From: Octopus sinensis
Taxonomy: Eukaryota
Direction of reading: 5' to 3'
Assembly: GCF_006345805.1 (NCBI RefSeq)
Contig: NW_021833616.1
Location: forward strand, 1 to 57,241
DNA: 57,241 bases
A model generated the notes under the pieces. The model ran no database searches. It was given only the letters and a program-made list of their open reading frames with translations, and was not told where the DNA came from. The translations under genes and the position numbers were made by a program. Of the stretch, positions 20,674 to 32,689 are shown in pieces; positions within the stretch are counted from its first letter, which is position 1, and every line of letters starts with the position of its first letter.

Positions 20674-21851
20674 ATGTGTGCATTATGTGGTCAGTTGAGC
20701 TGAAAATATGCACACCTATGTTAAAAGTACTGGCGAGTTTGCATGACAACTATTTTTTTCCTCAAATGAATGGCGTGACCTCTAGGAGAAAATTCAATTC
20801 CTCATCTTATAAAATGTGGCCCCAGTAGACCCGAATGAAATCGGGTTATATTAACCAAAATGTTAAAAGGGGTCTAAATGGGGCTGGAAGGGGATTAAAA
20901 TTTACAGGAGCGGGTGTTTAGGAATTCTCTGTTACATCAAGCTAAAAAATTTGCGCCAGCCTTTTAATCAACAACGTGTTGCCGTCCACGATGAAGAAGT
21001 TTTGAAATGCTTGCCATGGTGAGTCTACTGTCGTGAGAAAGAATCACTTCAAAACTTGGTGTTTAGGAATTTTCCTTTACATCAAGTTCAAAATTTTACG
21101 CCAGCCGTTAAACTGTCAATACGTTGCTGTCCGTCGTTAAGAAATGCCAGCCATGGTGACTCAACTATCCTCAGATTCTATCCCTTCAAACTTTGGTTTA
21201 CAATATTTTATTATTTTTATTCAGCTCGCAAGTTCGTCTGTCCCTTTTAAATGTTAGTGTTTTGCTGTCTGCCTTGAAGCAGACCTTTCCGTTGTCACTG
21301 CCTGATATTTATGATTGATCTTTCAAAATATTTTATTTCTCAACTTACTCAAGATCTTTTGTTGTTTATAAATGGGAGAGAGATAGATAAAGATGGAGAG
21401 TAAGAGAAAGCGAGGGAGAGTGGGAAAGTGAGAGAGAAAGGAGAGAGAAACAAAGAGGGAGAATTATCATCATCATCATCATCATCGTTTAACGTCCGTT
21501 TTCCGTGCTAGCATGGGTTGGACAGTTTGACCGGGGTCTGTGAAGCCAGGAGGCTGCACCAGGCTCCAGTCTGATCTGACAGTGTTTCTACAGCTGGATG
21601 CCCTTCCTAACGCCAACCACTCTGTGAGTGTAGTGGTTGCATTTTTCGTGCCGCCGGCACAGGTGCCGGGGGAGGGGGCTGGCAGCGGCCACGATCGGTT
21701 GGTGCTTTTTACGTGCCACCGGCACAGAAGCCAGTCAAAGCGGCGCCGCCATCGGCCACGTTCGGACGGTGCTTTTTACGTGCTGAAAGGAAGCAACAGA
21801 AAGTAACAACCACATTCTTACCCGAGCGCAGAGCGGGTTACCTTAAGCTAG
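19730..21851 (+). mobile_element. Non-autonomous Helitron (~2.1 kb), same family as 16437-17454
   Basis: 5' TCTCTATATTATAATTCTGAAATGCG homologous to 16437; 3' ACCCGAGCGCAGAGCGGGTTACCTTAAG-CTAG|T; the interior carries microsatellites and a retroelement tail. Confidence 0.7.
21465..21782 (-). mobile_element. RTE-type LINE/SINE 3' end with (GAT)n tail
   Basis: (CAT)n followed by CGTTTAACGTCCGTTTTCC...GGATGCCCTTCCTAACGCCAACC; interrupts the Helitron 3' region (compare 17370-17390). Confidence 0.55.
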
Positions 21852-21922
21852 TATATATATATATATATATATATATATAGCAATAATAATTCTCTAAACG
21901 AGATATAGACAGTAACTGCTCC

Positions 21923-22048
21923 ATAACATAAGGGACGTTAGCCATCTGAATGTGGCTAGGGACAGGGCAGGGCGGTGGGGGTGTTACTGATGCATTTAGC
22001 CCCAGGCGATCATCAACGTCACCAGATGGCTAACGTCCCTTATGTTAT
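21923..22048. repeat. Perfect 26-bp inverted repeat with 74-nt spacer
   Basis: ATAACATAAGGGACGTTAGCCATCTG (21923-21948) / CAGATGGCTAACGTCCCTTATGTTAT (22023-22048). Confidence 0.85.
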
Positions 22049-22073
22049 ATATATATATATATATATATATAAA

Positions 22074-22520
22074 CAGACATAACAGAAGTAAATAGACACC
22101 CCATAAAACATAGTTTTATGTTTATTTTAACTTGCAAAAGTTTATATTTTTTATTAATTGACATTTTTATGTTTCAGATTCTATATGTGACTGTTTAATC
22201 TTACCATGTACAAAAGAAGCCTTGGAACTGTCTGAATTTGAAAGGAGCCGCTTTGTGTGTCATTCTGAAGGTGGACATAACGTAAAATCGCAGTAAACCT
22301 TGGGATCCCGCTTTCTACAGTTAATAGAGTGATTGTGCAATTCACCAGAAAGGGAAAGAGTCCACATCACTTCATCCGGGTCAACCAGGGCCCTCTGACA
22401 GGGCCCTTCTCTTTCTTAAGAGAAGTGCGGAGGATAATCCTCGTTGCAAAGCTTCTAACATAGCAGAACAAGTTGATGTCAGTCCCAGAACAGTTGTCAG
22501 GTATCTTCACAAATCGTGAA
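22074..22520 (+). mobile_element. Tc1-like element 5' fragment (TIR plus paired-HTH)
   Basis: TIR-like CAGACATAACAGAAGTAAATAGACACC; frameshifted ELSEFERSRF...IAVNLGIPLSTVNRVIVQF...DNPRCKASNIAEQVDVSPRTVVRYLHK. Confidence 0.75.
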
Positions 22521-22695
22521 AGGCCTGATTAGAGGCCCAACTTTCCGAGTTCTTTTACAGGGCTTAGAAAAACTGCTGCACCGTTGCAATAAGTGTGTGA
22601 ATTTGAGAGGGGAATATGTTGAATAAAATTATAATTAACTGATCCTCTTGTATTTTCTTTTACCCAAAGTCAGAAAATTTTTAACACACCCTCGT
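22521..22695 (+). mobile_element. mariner 3' end fragment
   Basis: LEAQLSEFF.GLEKLLHRCNKCVNLRGEYVE* (reading through a frameshift) followed by the TIR-like end AACACACCCTCGT. Confidence 0.7.
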
Positions 22696-23083
22696 GTGTG
22701 TGTGTGCACTCATTTATATCTATATATTGACCTACCATAAAAGGCTAATATTGGTAAAATGAGACATACTTATCTACATGGCCGAAACAGCTGTAAGATG
22801 TAATCTATACTTATATTTATATTTACTTATATTTATATTCTCTTTTATATATATTCTACTTATTATACAACGTTACTCTTTTATGTACACTTTTTTATGT
22901 ACATTCCTTTATGCACACTGATTTGTTCTGCTTTTTATATTTAACCCTACAGTCTCTTATGTGGTGATTTAATAAAGTATGTGATTGAGTATTATCTGGT
23001 AATTGATATTTGATTTAGATGTATTTCTCCATTTTCTAATCTTGTATATATATAATATATATACATACATACATATACATATA

Positions 23084-23935
23084 TAGGCGCAGGAGTGGCA
23101 TAGGCGCAGGAGTGGCTGTGTGGTAAGTAGCTTGCTAACCAACCACATGGTTCCGGGTTCAGTCCCACTGCGTGGCATCTTGGGCAAGTGTCTTCTGCTA
23201 TAGCCCCGGGCCGACCAATGCCTTGTGAGTGGATTTGGTAGACGGAAACTGAAAGAAGCCCGTCGTATATATGTATATATATATATATGTATGTGTGTGT
23301 ATGTGTTTGTGTGTCTGTGTTTGTCCCCCTAGCATTGCTTGACAACCGATGCTGGTGTGTTTATGTCTCCGTCACTTAGCGGTTCGGCAAAAGAGACCGA
23401 TAGAATAGGTACTGGGCTTACAAAGAATAAGTCCCGGGGTCGAGTTGCTCGACTAAAGGCGGTGCTCCAGCATGGCCGCAGTCAAATGACTGAAACAAGT
23501 AAAAGAGTAAAAGAGTGAAGAGTATATACATAGGCGTAGGAGTGGCTGCGTGGTAAGTAGCTTGCTTACCATCCACATGGTTACGGGTTCAGTGCCACTG
23601 CGTGGCACCTTCGGCAAGTGTTTTCTACTATGGGCCGACCAAAGTGGATTTAGTAGACGGAAACTGAAAGAAGCCCATCGTATATATGTAGATATATGTA
23701 TGTGCGCGTGTATATGTTTGTGTGTCTGTATTTGTCCCCCACCCCAACATCGCTTGACAACTGATGCTGGCGTGTCTACGTCCTCGTGACTTAGTGGTTC
23801 GGCAAAAGAGACCGATGGAATAAGTATTAGGCTTACAAAGAATAGGTCCTGGGGTCGATTTGCTCGACTAAAGGCGGTGCTCCAGCACAGTCAAATGACT
23901 GAAACAAGTAAAAGAGTAAAATAGTATATACATAT
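23084..23935 (+). mobile_element. Two tandem full-length SINE family B copies (23084-23520, 23530-23935)
   Basis: Head TAGGCGCAGGAGTGGCTGTGTGGTAAG (duplicated 17-mer in copy 1), B-box GGGTTCAGTCCC, tail (GTAAAAGA)n. Confidence 0.9.
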
Positions 23936-23946
23936 AAAATAGTATA

Positions 23947-23991
<45 letters not shown>

Positions 23992-24073
23992 TATATATAT
24001 ATAGTAGTGGATCGTAGCCACTACGCACATTTTTTTTCTCCTTGTTTCTCCCCTTGTTTTTTTTCTGTGTCCC

Positions 24074-24107
24074 TTTCTGTAGAAGAGCGTAGGCTCGAAA
24101 CGTAAAA
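24074..24107 (+). ncRNA. Degenerate minimal hammerhead (family of 56821-56855)
   Basis: TTT-CTGTAGA-A-GAGC-GTAG-GCTC-GAAAC-GTA-AAA; A6 substituted; downstream TTCCTGAGCGT shared with the 56.8-kb copy. Confidence 0.45.
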
Positions 24108-24201
24108 TACTTTTTCAATTCCTGAGCGTTATACCAATACATCTGTTTGTTTTGTATACCACCTGTCTTCGTCTTTTGTTTTTTTTTCGTGAACCCCCCC
24201 C

Positions 24202-24256
<55 letters not shown>

Positions 24257-24799
24257 CACACACGTACACCCCACACGCAAACACACACAACACACAACAC
24301 ACCACACACACACACACATGTATGTATGCACGAATATACAATCAGCAAATGGTTGGTGTTCGTGTCGAGACAATTACTATTTGTCTGGCTTGGTAACTGC
24401 ATATATAAGAAGAGTAATAAAGCGTAGTACGATGTACAGCAAAGAATCTACACATTTTCTTCTGGTACGAATATTGCTCAGTTGCAGTAGAAGGTGCAAT
24501 AACATCGAAATCGTTGACATCCTCAGTCGACAAGATTATTAAATTAATGTCTCGGAATGTCTGCTGTATGTAGAATATTAATCACATGAAATTAGTTATT
24601 ACATCATTAAGAAGGAAAAAAAGGTCGCTTCTGCTTGTGATCTGTGTATCTGTCTGTCTGACTGTCTGTTTGCTTGAACGTCTGCTTCTCTCTCTCTCTC
24701 CCTGCCTCTGTGTATGTATGTATGTATGTATGTATGTATGTATGTATGTATGTATGATGTAGATAGGTATGTGTCTGCCTGCCTGTCTATCTATCTATC

Positions 24800-24862
<63 letters not shown>

Positions 24863-24946
24863 TTTTCTATCAAGTTCATAAACATAAATCCGGAAAAAGA
24901 GGCTTATCTAAGTTATAGAGCAGTATAATTAAAGTTAGATAAGGCC

Positions 24947-25021
24947 GGTTTATGGGATTACCTTAGGTTTAACGTCTATAGAGGGCCTGGCTTTATGGCG
25001 TATCATCAGATCGCAGAAACC
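24947..25021 (-). ncRNA. pLTR hammerhead of the Naiad element (G12 mutated)
   Basis: GGUUUCUGCGAU-CUGAUGA-UACGCC..GACGU-UAAAC-CUAAG-GUA-AUCCCAUAAACC. Confidence 0.55.
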
Positions 25022-25396
25022 TGTTGGCTAAAGGCCTCTCTAGTGAGTGACCTCTCTAGGATATGGAGGAGGAAATGAGCTCATTACTCAATATCAACAA
25101 AGGAGATTGTCTCTCCTTGACTATCGATCGCCAATGTCAACAAAGTAGGGTGTGTCTCTTTGGCTATCGATTGCCGATGGCCATGCTACCTCGTGGGATC
25201 CAATAGGCTAGCAGGAATTTCTTGAGATGCAAGCACGGTCCAAAGACTTCCGTTCTTGAGTTCAGGATGTTCCCTTGCTGGAGGGGTCCTTTATGATCCT
25301 CGCCCGTTCCTGTGTGCATAATTTACAGCGGTCGGTCTCGTTAATGTATGGGTTCGGATTCTCTAGGATTCTCCCTGATACTGTGTATGGAATACC

Positions 25397-25627
25397 TATT
25401 TCTTTACTGCTCACAAGGGGCTAAACACAGAGGGAACAAACAAGGACAGATAAACGGATTATGTCGATTATATCGACCCCAGTGCGTAACTGGTACTTAT
25501 TTAATCGACCCCGAAAGGATGAAAGGCAAAGTCGACTCAGCGGAATTTGAACTCAGAACGTAACGGTAGATAAAATACGGCTACGCATATCGCTCGGCGT
25601 GCTAACGTTTCTGCCTGCTCGCCGCCT
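25397..25627 (-). mobile_element. SINE family A inserted in the PLE endonuclease
   Basis: Flanked by the 9-bp direct repeat TGGAATACC (25388-25396 and 25628-25636); removing it restores NGIP|YTVS. Confidence 0.9.
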
Positions 25628-26750
25628 TGGAATACCGTTGTCTGTTAGCTGCCATATGTTGCTGGCTAATGACGTAATGAATCTCCTTTCTGGTATCCTT
25701 AAGGAGAATCTGTGGTTGTAGAGGCATTGTTCGAACGAATTCCCGGAACAGCTGATGTGTCTCCTTGGTCGGGTGTGGGCGGTGGTGTATCTGTTGGTGT
25801 TGGCATCGGTGCCGTCGTTGTTGCCGGGACTGGCGCTGTTAGTGCTGGCGTTGCTGGTGTTGGTGGTGTTGGTGCTGGCGCTGTTGGTGTTAGTGTTATT
25901 GGAGGTGGAGATGGTGTTGGTACCGCCAATGCCGATGTTGGTAAAGTGCCGTTGTCGTTATTATGGCTATCGCTATTGATGGAGGCACTGTCATTATTGT
26001 TGGGGATGTTATTGGTGATGTCTCTACTGCTATTTCCGTTAGGGTTGCTGTCGTCGCTGTTATTGATGTTATCGCTGGCGATGGCACTGCCGTTGCTGCT
26101 ATTGGAACTGTCGGGCCCTCTGCTGAAGACGTAGCTGTTAGGTAAGCTGCTGCTGATGCCGCTGTTGTCATTAGGGGTACTACGATTGCTGTCGTTGATG
26201 TTGTCGCTGGCGATGGTGCTTTTGGTTCTGTTCGCGTTTCTGCTGCTGCTACTATTGGTATTGACGTCCCTGCTTCTGTGGTCACCGTTAGGGGAGCTGC
26301 TGATGTTGCTGTTGCTGCTGCTGCTGCTGTTGTTGTTGTTGTTAAGCAACAAGACGGGTAAGGGTGATTAGGTGATGGTCTAGGGCTTAAGGGCGGGAGA
26401 CCCCAGACCTTGAAAAAAAAAAAAAGAAAAACTTTGGTCGTCTTGTTGTAGTCGAGGGCTCTTCGTTGACACCCAACACCACTGGGAGGTGACCCTCGAA
26501 GTCGCTGAAAATGGAGATCTCCAGGTCCAAATTCTTGGATGGCTGCTGTTGCTGCTGGGTCAGCCAGTACCTCTGCTTCGTAGACTACTACCTTGGTTTC
26601 GCGGTGGCCCCTCACTGGACAGCTATTGCGATCCCTGCATGAACATCCTTCCTCCGCTCGTGATCTAGAAGTGCTAAGTAGAATGCTCTTAATATTATGG
26701 GCACAGCTAAAAGAGACCCTAAGGTTGTGCCTGTTGAAAATGCGTCCGTA

Positions 26751-28039
26751 CGAGAGGCGTTCAATAAGTAATGCCCCTGACCCACTTCCCATAGCAGTAG
26801 ACCAACGAAACTTGGCACAGTTATTAGTCTTTTTCTACCTAGAAACCACCCAGAGTTACGCATTTCTCCCATTGTTTGATGCAGCTCTGGAGACCGTTTT
26901 TGTAGAAGACCCCAGCTTGGTCCTCCAACCACGACGTGACTTCAGAAATCAAGGCTGCATCATCTGGGAAACGCTTTCCTTTCAAAAACAACTTCATGGC
27001 TGGGAAGAGGTGAAAATCCGAGGGTGCAAGGTCAAGGGAGTAGGGGCATGGGGGAGGAGTTCATAGCCGCACGCCTGTGCTTCTGATCTGGCGACCATCG
27101 ATTTGTGGACCGGAGCGTGTCCTGCAGGAGGAGGATGCCTTTGCTGATCTTGCCCCGCCTCTTGATTTGATAGCTTCTCTTAATTTCATCAAAAGTGAAG
27201 CATAATAGGCTCCTGTAATTGTGGTACCCTTTGCCAGGAAATTTGTCACCACTACTCCATCCTGGTCCCAGAAGACTGTGAGCATGACCTTGCTAGCTGA
27301 GGGCTGCACCCTTGCCTTCTTGGAGGAGGTGAGTCACGGTGCTTCCACTGCATTGACTGGGCTTTTGTCTCTGGATCATAGTGATGGACCCAGGTTTCAT
27401 CCTGTGTAATCAGTCTTTTGAAAAATTTTGACTCATCTTCTTGGCACATCTCCAAATTCATCCTCGAGCACTCGACGCGTTCTTGCTTCCGGAAAGGTGT
27501 GAGCAACCTGGGAATCCATATGGCAGACACCTTTTGCATACGCAAATGGTCATGAATGATTGGTTTCCACAGACCCGGTACTAATCTTGACCTCATGGGC
27601 TATTTGGCGAATAGTTATGCGTCGATCTTCCAAAATGGCAGCCTGAACTTGATGGACAGATGCCTCATCAATAGCAGTAGGGGGCGACCAGATCTGGGAG
27701 CTGTTTCCACAGAGTTCCGACCATGTTTGAATTCACAATGCCAGCATTTTACAAGGTCATATGATGGGGCATCATCACCATAAGTTACTTTCATTTCATC
27801 AAAAGTCTCCCGTGGTGTGCGTCCTTTCAAATATAAAAAGCGGATCACTGCCCGACACTCAACAGGCTCCATTTCACACTTGACTCAGTTCAAACACCTG
27901 TAAATCAGAAACCACAATTCGTTCAGAGCTGTAATTTACCGCTTCATCTATGGAGATATGAATAATTGCACATGCAAAATTTCAGCTAGATCAAACAACT
28001 GCAAGTGGGTCTGAGGCATTACTTATTGAACGCCCCTCT
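26751..28039 (-). mobile_element. Full-length (1289 bp) mariner DD34D transposon, frameshifted transposase
   Basis: About 37-bp TIRs (CGAGAGGCGTTCAATAAGTAATGCC.. / ..GGCATTACTTATTGAACGCCCCTCT) and TA TSDs (26749-50, 28040-41); motifs MEPVECRAVIRFL, RSGRP, WIPRLL, TQDETW, KVMLTVFWD, LLQD and DLAPSDFHLF. Confidence 0.95.
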
Positions 28040-28955
28040 TATCTATCTGAATTAGTGAAATGTTTATCTTATTAACTTAAGGAATATCCTACCTACGGGC
28101 GTTTATACGTTAAGAAAGAAGTGGGGGTCAAACCAAATGATATTTCTATGGTACTTCCTTCTGCGGATGTTGGGGCCCGGCATGTAGGAGATGCGGTTCC
28201 TTAATCCGCTAGCAGTTGGGGCCTCGTTATAGTAGGAGGCTGCTGCATCAAAAATCTCTTGGCTGGAGGAAAGGTTCGTGATCCTCTTACTAACACCCTT
28301 CACCAGGTTTCTGAATACGATGGGTGGGTGACAGGATGCTGTATTGATATATTTTAGCCTCTCATTTGGCTTGCGTCTAAGAAGTCCGTGGTGGTGAGGC
28401 TTGTCTCGATGGTGAGTTTCAGTCCCATGGAGGCAAGTGTACTAATTACATCTTTCCTAAGCCCGTCTAGTGTGTGGCCGTTAGCTCCCCTTGAGATGAT
28501 CAGGGCGTCATCTCTATTGAGATCGAAGAGGACGGAGGGGAACATTTTCTTAAGTGTATTAAGGGTATACAACCCGATAAGGTCTCATACATCAGCGCTG
28601 TCGCTACATCAAAGGAGCCCACGGGGTCGAACTGCTTGACCCAGGTCGAAACTTTATTGGATAGCACTGTTTTCTTGCTGTGCAAAATGACGTCTATATC
28701 CCCGTCGCTAATACCAGTGGAGCTCCAAGCGAAGCAAAGCGTCATGCCCAGTAACCCTTTTGAAACAGACAGGTAAAAATCGGCTATGTCAAACTGAGTG
28801 AACCTTGCTCTGCCTCTCCCCCTGTTAGTGTTAATGTTGACATCAGCGATCGATAGCCAAGGGGAGACAATCTCCTTTGTTGACATTGAGTAACGAAGTC
28901 ATTTCTTCCTCTATATTCTAGAGAGGTCACTCACTAGAGATTCCTATAGCCGATA

Positions 28956-29029
28956 GGTTTTGAGACCTGAAGATACGCCATAAAGCCAGGCCCTTTATAG
29001 ATGTGAAACCTAAGGTAATCCCAAAAACC
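28956..29029 (+). ncRNA. Hammerhead in the inverted 5' pLTR, intact core
   Basis: GGTTTTGAGAC-CTGAAGA-TACGCCATAAAG..CTTTATAGATGT-GAAAC-CTAAG-GTA-ATCCCAAAAACC; mismatch at the first stem I pair. Confidence 0.6.
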
Positions 29030-29049
29030 AGCCTTATCTAACTCTAATA

Positions 29050-29080
<31 letters not shown>

Positions 29081-29084
29081 AAGG

Positions 29085-29373
29085 TGAAATTTATTAATTT
29101 AGAAATAATCATTAATTTCACCAAGTAGAGTTCGGCATGTAAAAAACCCATTCAAGGAAGGTTTAAGTAATACTAAGTAATTAAGGGTTCAGCAACGATT
29201 TGCCTCACCACACACCGAATTTAGAAATAGCAGTCAAAAAGTTTTGGCTATTCTTCTACTTAAAAGGGAGATCCCAGTAAAACCAAAGCACTCTCCCTTT
29301 TAAGTAGAAAGAATAGCCAAAATTTTTTGACTGCTATTTCTAAATTCGGTGTGTGGTGAGGCAAATCGTTGCT
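29085..29373. repeat. Fold-back (81-bp arms) of a repeat related to the 53.0-54.4 kb unit
   Basis: 29191-29271 pairs with 29292-29373; shares AATTTCACCAAGTA and TTAGAAATAGCAG with 53060-53190. Confidence 0.75.
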
Positions 29374-29687
29374 AACCTTAATTAAGACTTATATATATTA
29401 TATATATATATATATAATTATATTATCTATACTATACTATACTATACTATATAGTACCCTTGTTTCTCTTGTTGTTCGCATACCAAAGTTTGTCTTCGTA
29501 TATCATGTTATTTTCATATTTCGTATTTCATGTTCTTTACGTATACGCATATGATGTATGTATGTATGTATGTATGTATGTATGTATGTATGTATGTATG
29601 TAGTAGTATGTAGTATGTATGTATGTATGTGTGTGTGTGTATGTGTGTGTGTGTGTAAGTATATACATATATGTATGCATATATGCT

Positions 29688-29723
<36 letters not shown>

Positions 29724-29774
29724 TTATATTATTAATATGATTGAACGCAACGCATCCATTCCAAGTAAGTTATA

Positions 29775-29815
<41 letters not shown>

Positions 29816-29841
29816 TATATATATTATATATATATATATTA

Positions 29842-29924
<83 letters not shown>

Positions 29925-30666
29925 AGCTATAAATAGTTTGTAAATACTTGGTTGACGAACCTATTTGGACAGAAGTCGAAGGTTTTTATAGCTTTATCTG
30001 ATGTGCCTCGAGAGTTAATGTTCCAAAAAAGAATTCTCTATATGTATGAATGTATATATGTATGTACGGATGGACTTATGTATATGTATGTGTGGGTGTG
30101 TGCGTGCACATGCGTGGATCTGTGGGCGTACGTAGGCTTGTGTATACGTGCACATGTGAATTTGTCTTTTCGCCTCTCTCTCTCCAAACACCGTTTGTCT
30201 AGCAATGTTGGTTTTGGTTTGTTCCACCTCTCCGTAAACAAAGTGGTTTTGCAAAGGAGAACAATATAAAAGATGGAAGACTTCAGTAAGCCCTGCCAGA
30301 ATCGATTTGTTTAGCTGAAGCCATTTAGTGCTCCAGCGTGGTCGCAGTCCAGGGACTAAAAGAAGTAAGTGAATTAAAGTATCGAAACGACAGCAAATTT
30401 GAGGTGAAGGGCAGATCGATACGATCCACTCCGGTACATGACTGGTGCAATATTTTACTGGACATCGGAAGGAAGATGGGTAAAGTAAATTGTAGTGTGA
30501 TTTAATCTTACAACGTAGAGAAGCGGAACAAATGCCACAGGGAATTTTTCTGATTTCCTCGTGATTCTGAGCTGTGCGATACAAATTTATAATGGGAGGA
30601 AAGTATTCAATCTGAGAGCCACTCTCTGGATGCACCATTAGGCCTTTAATATTCTATACGAAAGGT

Positions 30667-31065
30667 AAGGCGGCGAGCTGGCAGAAACGTTAGCACGCCG
30701 GGCGAAATGCGTAGCCGTATTTCGTCTGCCGTTACGTTCTGAGTTCAAATTCCGCCGAGGTCGACTTTACCTTTCATCCTTTCGGGGTCGATTAAATAAG
30801 TACCAGTTACACATTAGGGGCGATATAATCGACTTAATCCGTGTGTCTCTCCTTGCTTGTCCTCTCTGCGTTTAGCCCCTTGTGGGTAGTAAAAAAATAA
30901 ATATTTCGTCTGTTTTTACGTTCAAATTCCGCCGAGGTCAACTCTGCATTTCATCCTTTCGTGATCGATAAATTAAGTACCAGTTGCGTACTGGGGTCGA
31001 TCTAATCGACTGACCCCTGCCCTAAAATTTTGGGCGTTGTGCCTAGCGTAGAAAAGAATATTCTA
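30667..31065 (+). mobile_element. SINE family A dimer
   Basis: Head-body-tail1 followed by body-tail2. Confidence 0.85.
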
Positions 31066-31244
31066 TACGAAATATAGAGATGGGAATGTTAATGTAAATA
31101 CTATCAATTATAAAGAAATCTGTGCGGAAGCTTCGCAGTTTTTCAGAAGTTATCTCCCCTGCAAAACGGGTGTTTGTGGGAACTGTAAAGTTATGTCCCT
31201 TCATTTGGATGTCGTTTGTCGAAATATTTTCTTTTCTGTTCTAG

Positions 31245-31630
31245 GCACAAGGTCCGAAATCTTTTAGGGTAAGGGGCCAGTTGATTAGATCGACTCCAGT
31301 ACGCAACAGGTACTTAATTTATCGACCCTGAAAGGATGAAATGCAAAGTCGACCTCGGTGGAATTTGAACTCAGAACATAGCGGCAGACGAAATACCTAT
31401 TTCTTTACTACCCACAAGGGGCTAAACACAGAGGGGACAAACAAGGACAGACAACCAGATTAAGTCGATTACATCGATCCCAGTGCGTAACTGGTACTTA
31501 TTTAATCGACCCCGAAAGGATGAAAGGCAAAGTCGACCTCGGCGGAATTTGAACTCAGAACGTAGCGACAGACGAAATACCTCTACGCATTTCGCCCGGC
31601 GTGCTAACGTTTCTGCCAGCTCACCGCCTT
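31245..31630 (-). mobile_element. SINE family A dimer
   Basis: Same dimer architecture on the minus strand. Confidence 0.85.
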
Positions 31631-31807
31631 AATTTGTCGAAATAATTTGTGGCTGGAATGCCACATGTAACTAAAAAAAAAAAATACAAACCAGCCTTCT
31701 TTTTACATTCTTATTAATCAATTAATTAACTAATTTATTTATTTAATCAGCTTAAATTGCTCGTGGGAAGCCAAATGGAAATAGATGTATGAAATCGCAT
31801 ATACTCT

Positions 31808-32215
31808 TTCACTCTTTTACTTGTTTCAGTCATTTGACTGCGGCCATGCTGGAGCACCGTCTTTAATCGAGCAACTCGACCCCGGGACTTATTCTTTTGA
31901 AAGCCCAGTACTTATTCTATCGGTCTCTTTTGCCGAACCGCTAAGGTACGGAGACGTAAACACACCAGCATCGGTTGTCAAGCAATGCTAGGGGGACAAA
32001 CACAGACACACAAACACACACATACATATATATATACATACATATATACGACAGGCTTCTTTCAGTTTCCATCTACCAAATCCACTCACAAGGCATTGGT
32101 CGGCCCGGGGCTATAGCAGAAGACACTTGCCCAAGATGCCACGCAGTGGGACTGAACCCGGAACCATGTGGTTGGTTAGCAAGCTACTTACCACACAGCC
32201 ACTCCTGCGCCTATA
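31808..32215 (-). mobile_element. SINE family B, full length
   Basis: Near-identical reverse complement of 23084-23520. Confidence 0.9.
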
Positions 32216-32550
32216 TGTATAAATCTTTAACTACTTTCAGCTTGAGAGCTGCGGCCATGCTCGGATACGGCCGTTATATATAAGGAGAAAGTATTTTAAG
32301 TTTACGATAAGAGAGAAGTAGGGGTCAAATTATATAAATAAATAAGAACGTAAAAGAAAAGGGAGTAGGCAAAGAACAGCTGAATGTTTGTGGTAACTCA
32401 TTTTGTCGCCTCTTTAAATTCTGGAAAATCAATTCATTTCTATTGTTTGTAACTTGTTGACGACGTTGATCCTTGTGGTTTTGCAGGACACACCTGTTCT
32501 CCTAAATGGTCCCTAGCTTACTCTTTCACGCGCACGCACGCACGCACACG

Positions 32551-32596
<46 letters not shown>

Positions 32597-32600
32597 TCTG

Positions 32601-32689
<89 letters not shown>

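Larger units (their letters stand above)
24900..29048 (-). mobile_element. 5'-truncated Naiad-type Penelope-like retroelement (RT + GIY-YIG + pLTR) with inverted 5' pLTR, interrupted by a mariner and a SINE
   Basis: RT motifs RFTQFDIADFY, GSFD, NRDDAL, TTDFLD and NIIWFDP (28835-28042); reading continues across the mariner (KHFTNSDR|YGRIFNRHNLRVSFSC); CSCR..CP..VVYEAEV; SFEQ..NH..TSLASNIWQL; PY..CKLC..LNSRTE..CLH (25395-25150); 24930-25150 is the reverse complement of 28835-29048. Confidence 0.88.

Noticed and set aside
22730-22800. GCC-GAAAC-AGCT-GTA-AGATG hammerhead half
   Set aside because: No recognisable CUGANGA partner; at most a decayed remnant.
26590-26650. Selenocysteine (UGA) recoding, reported for some Naiad PLEs
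   Set aside because: The conserved Cys positions here and at 12.4 kb are not TGA codons; no support.
25699-26792. Mucin-like or membrane-like ORFs as a host gene
   Set aside because: They lie inside the PLE endonuclease, are low-complexity and are open on both strands for compositional reasons.
30015-30638. 207-aa ORF
   Set aside because: Runs through degenerate SINE pieces and microsatellite; no domain signal.
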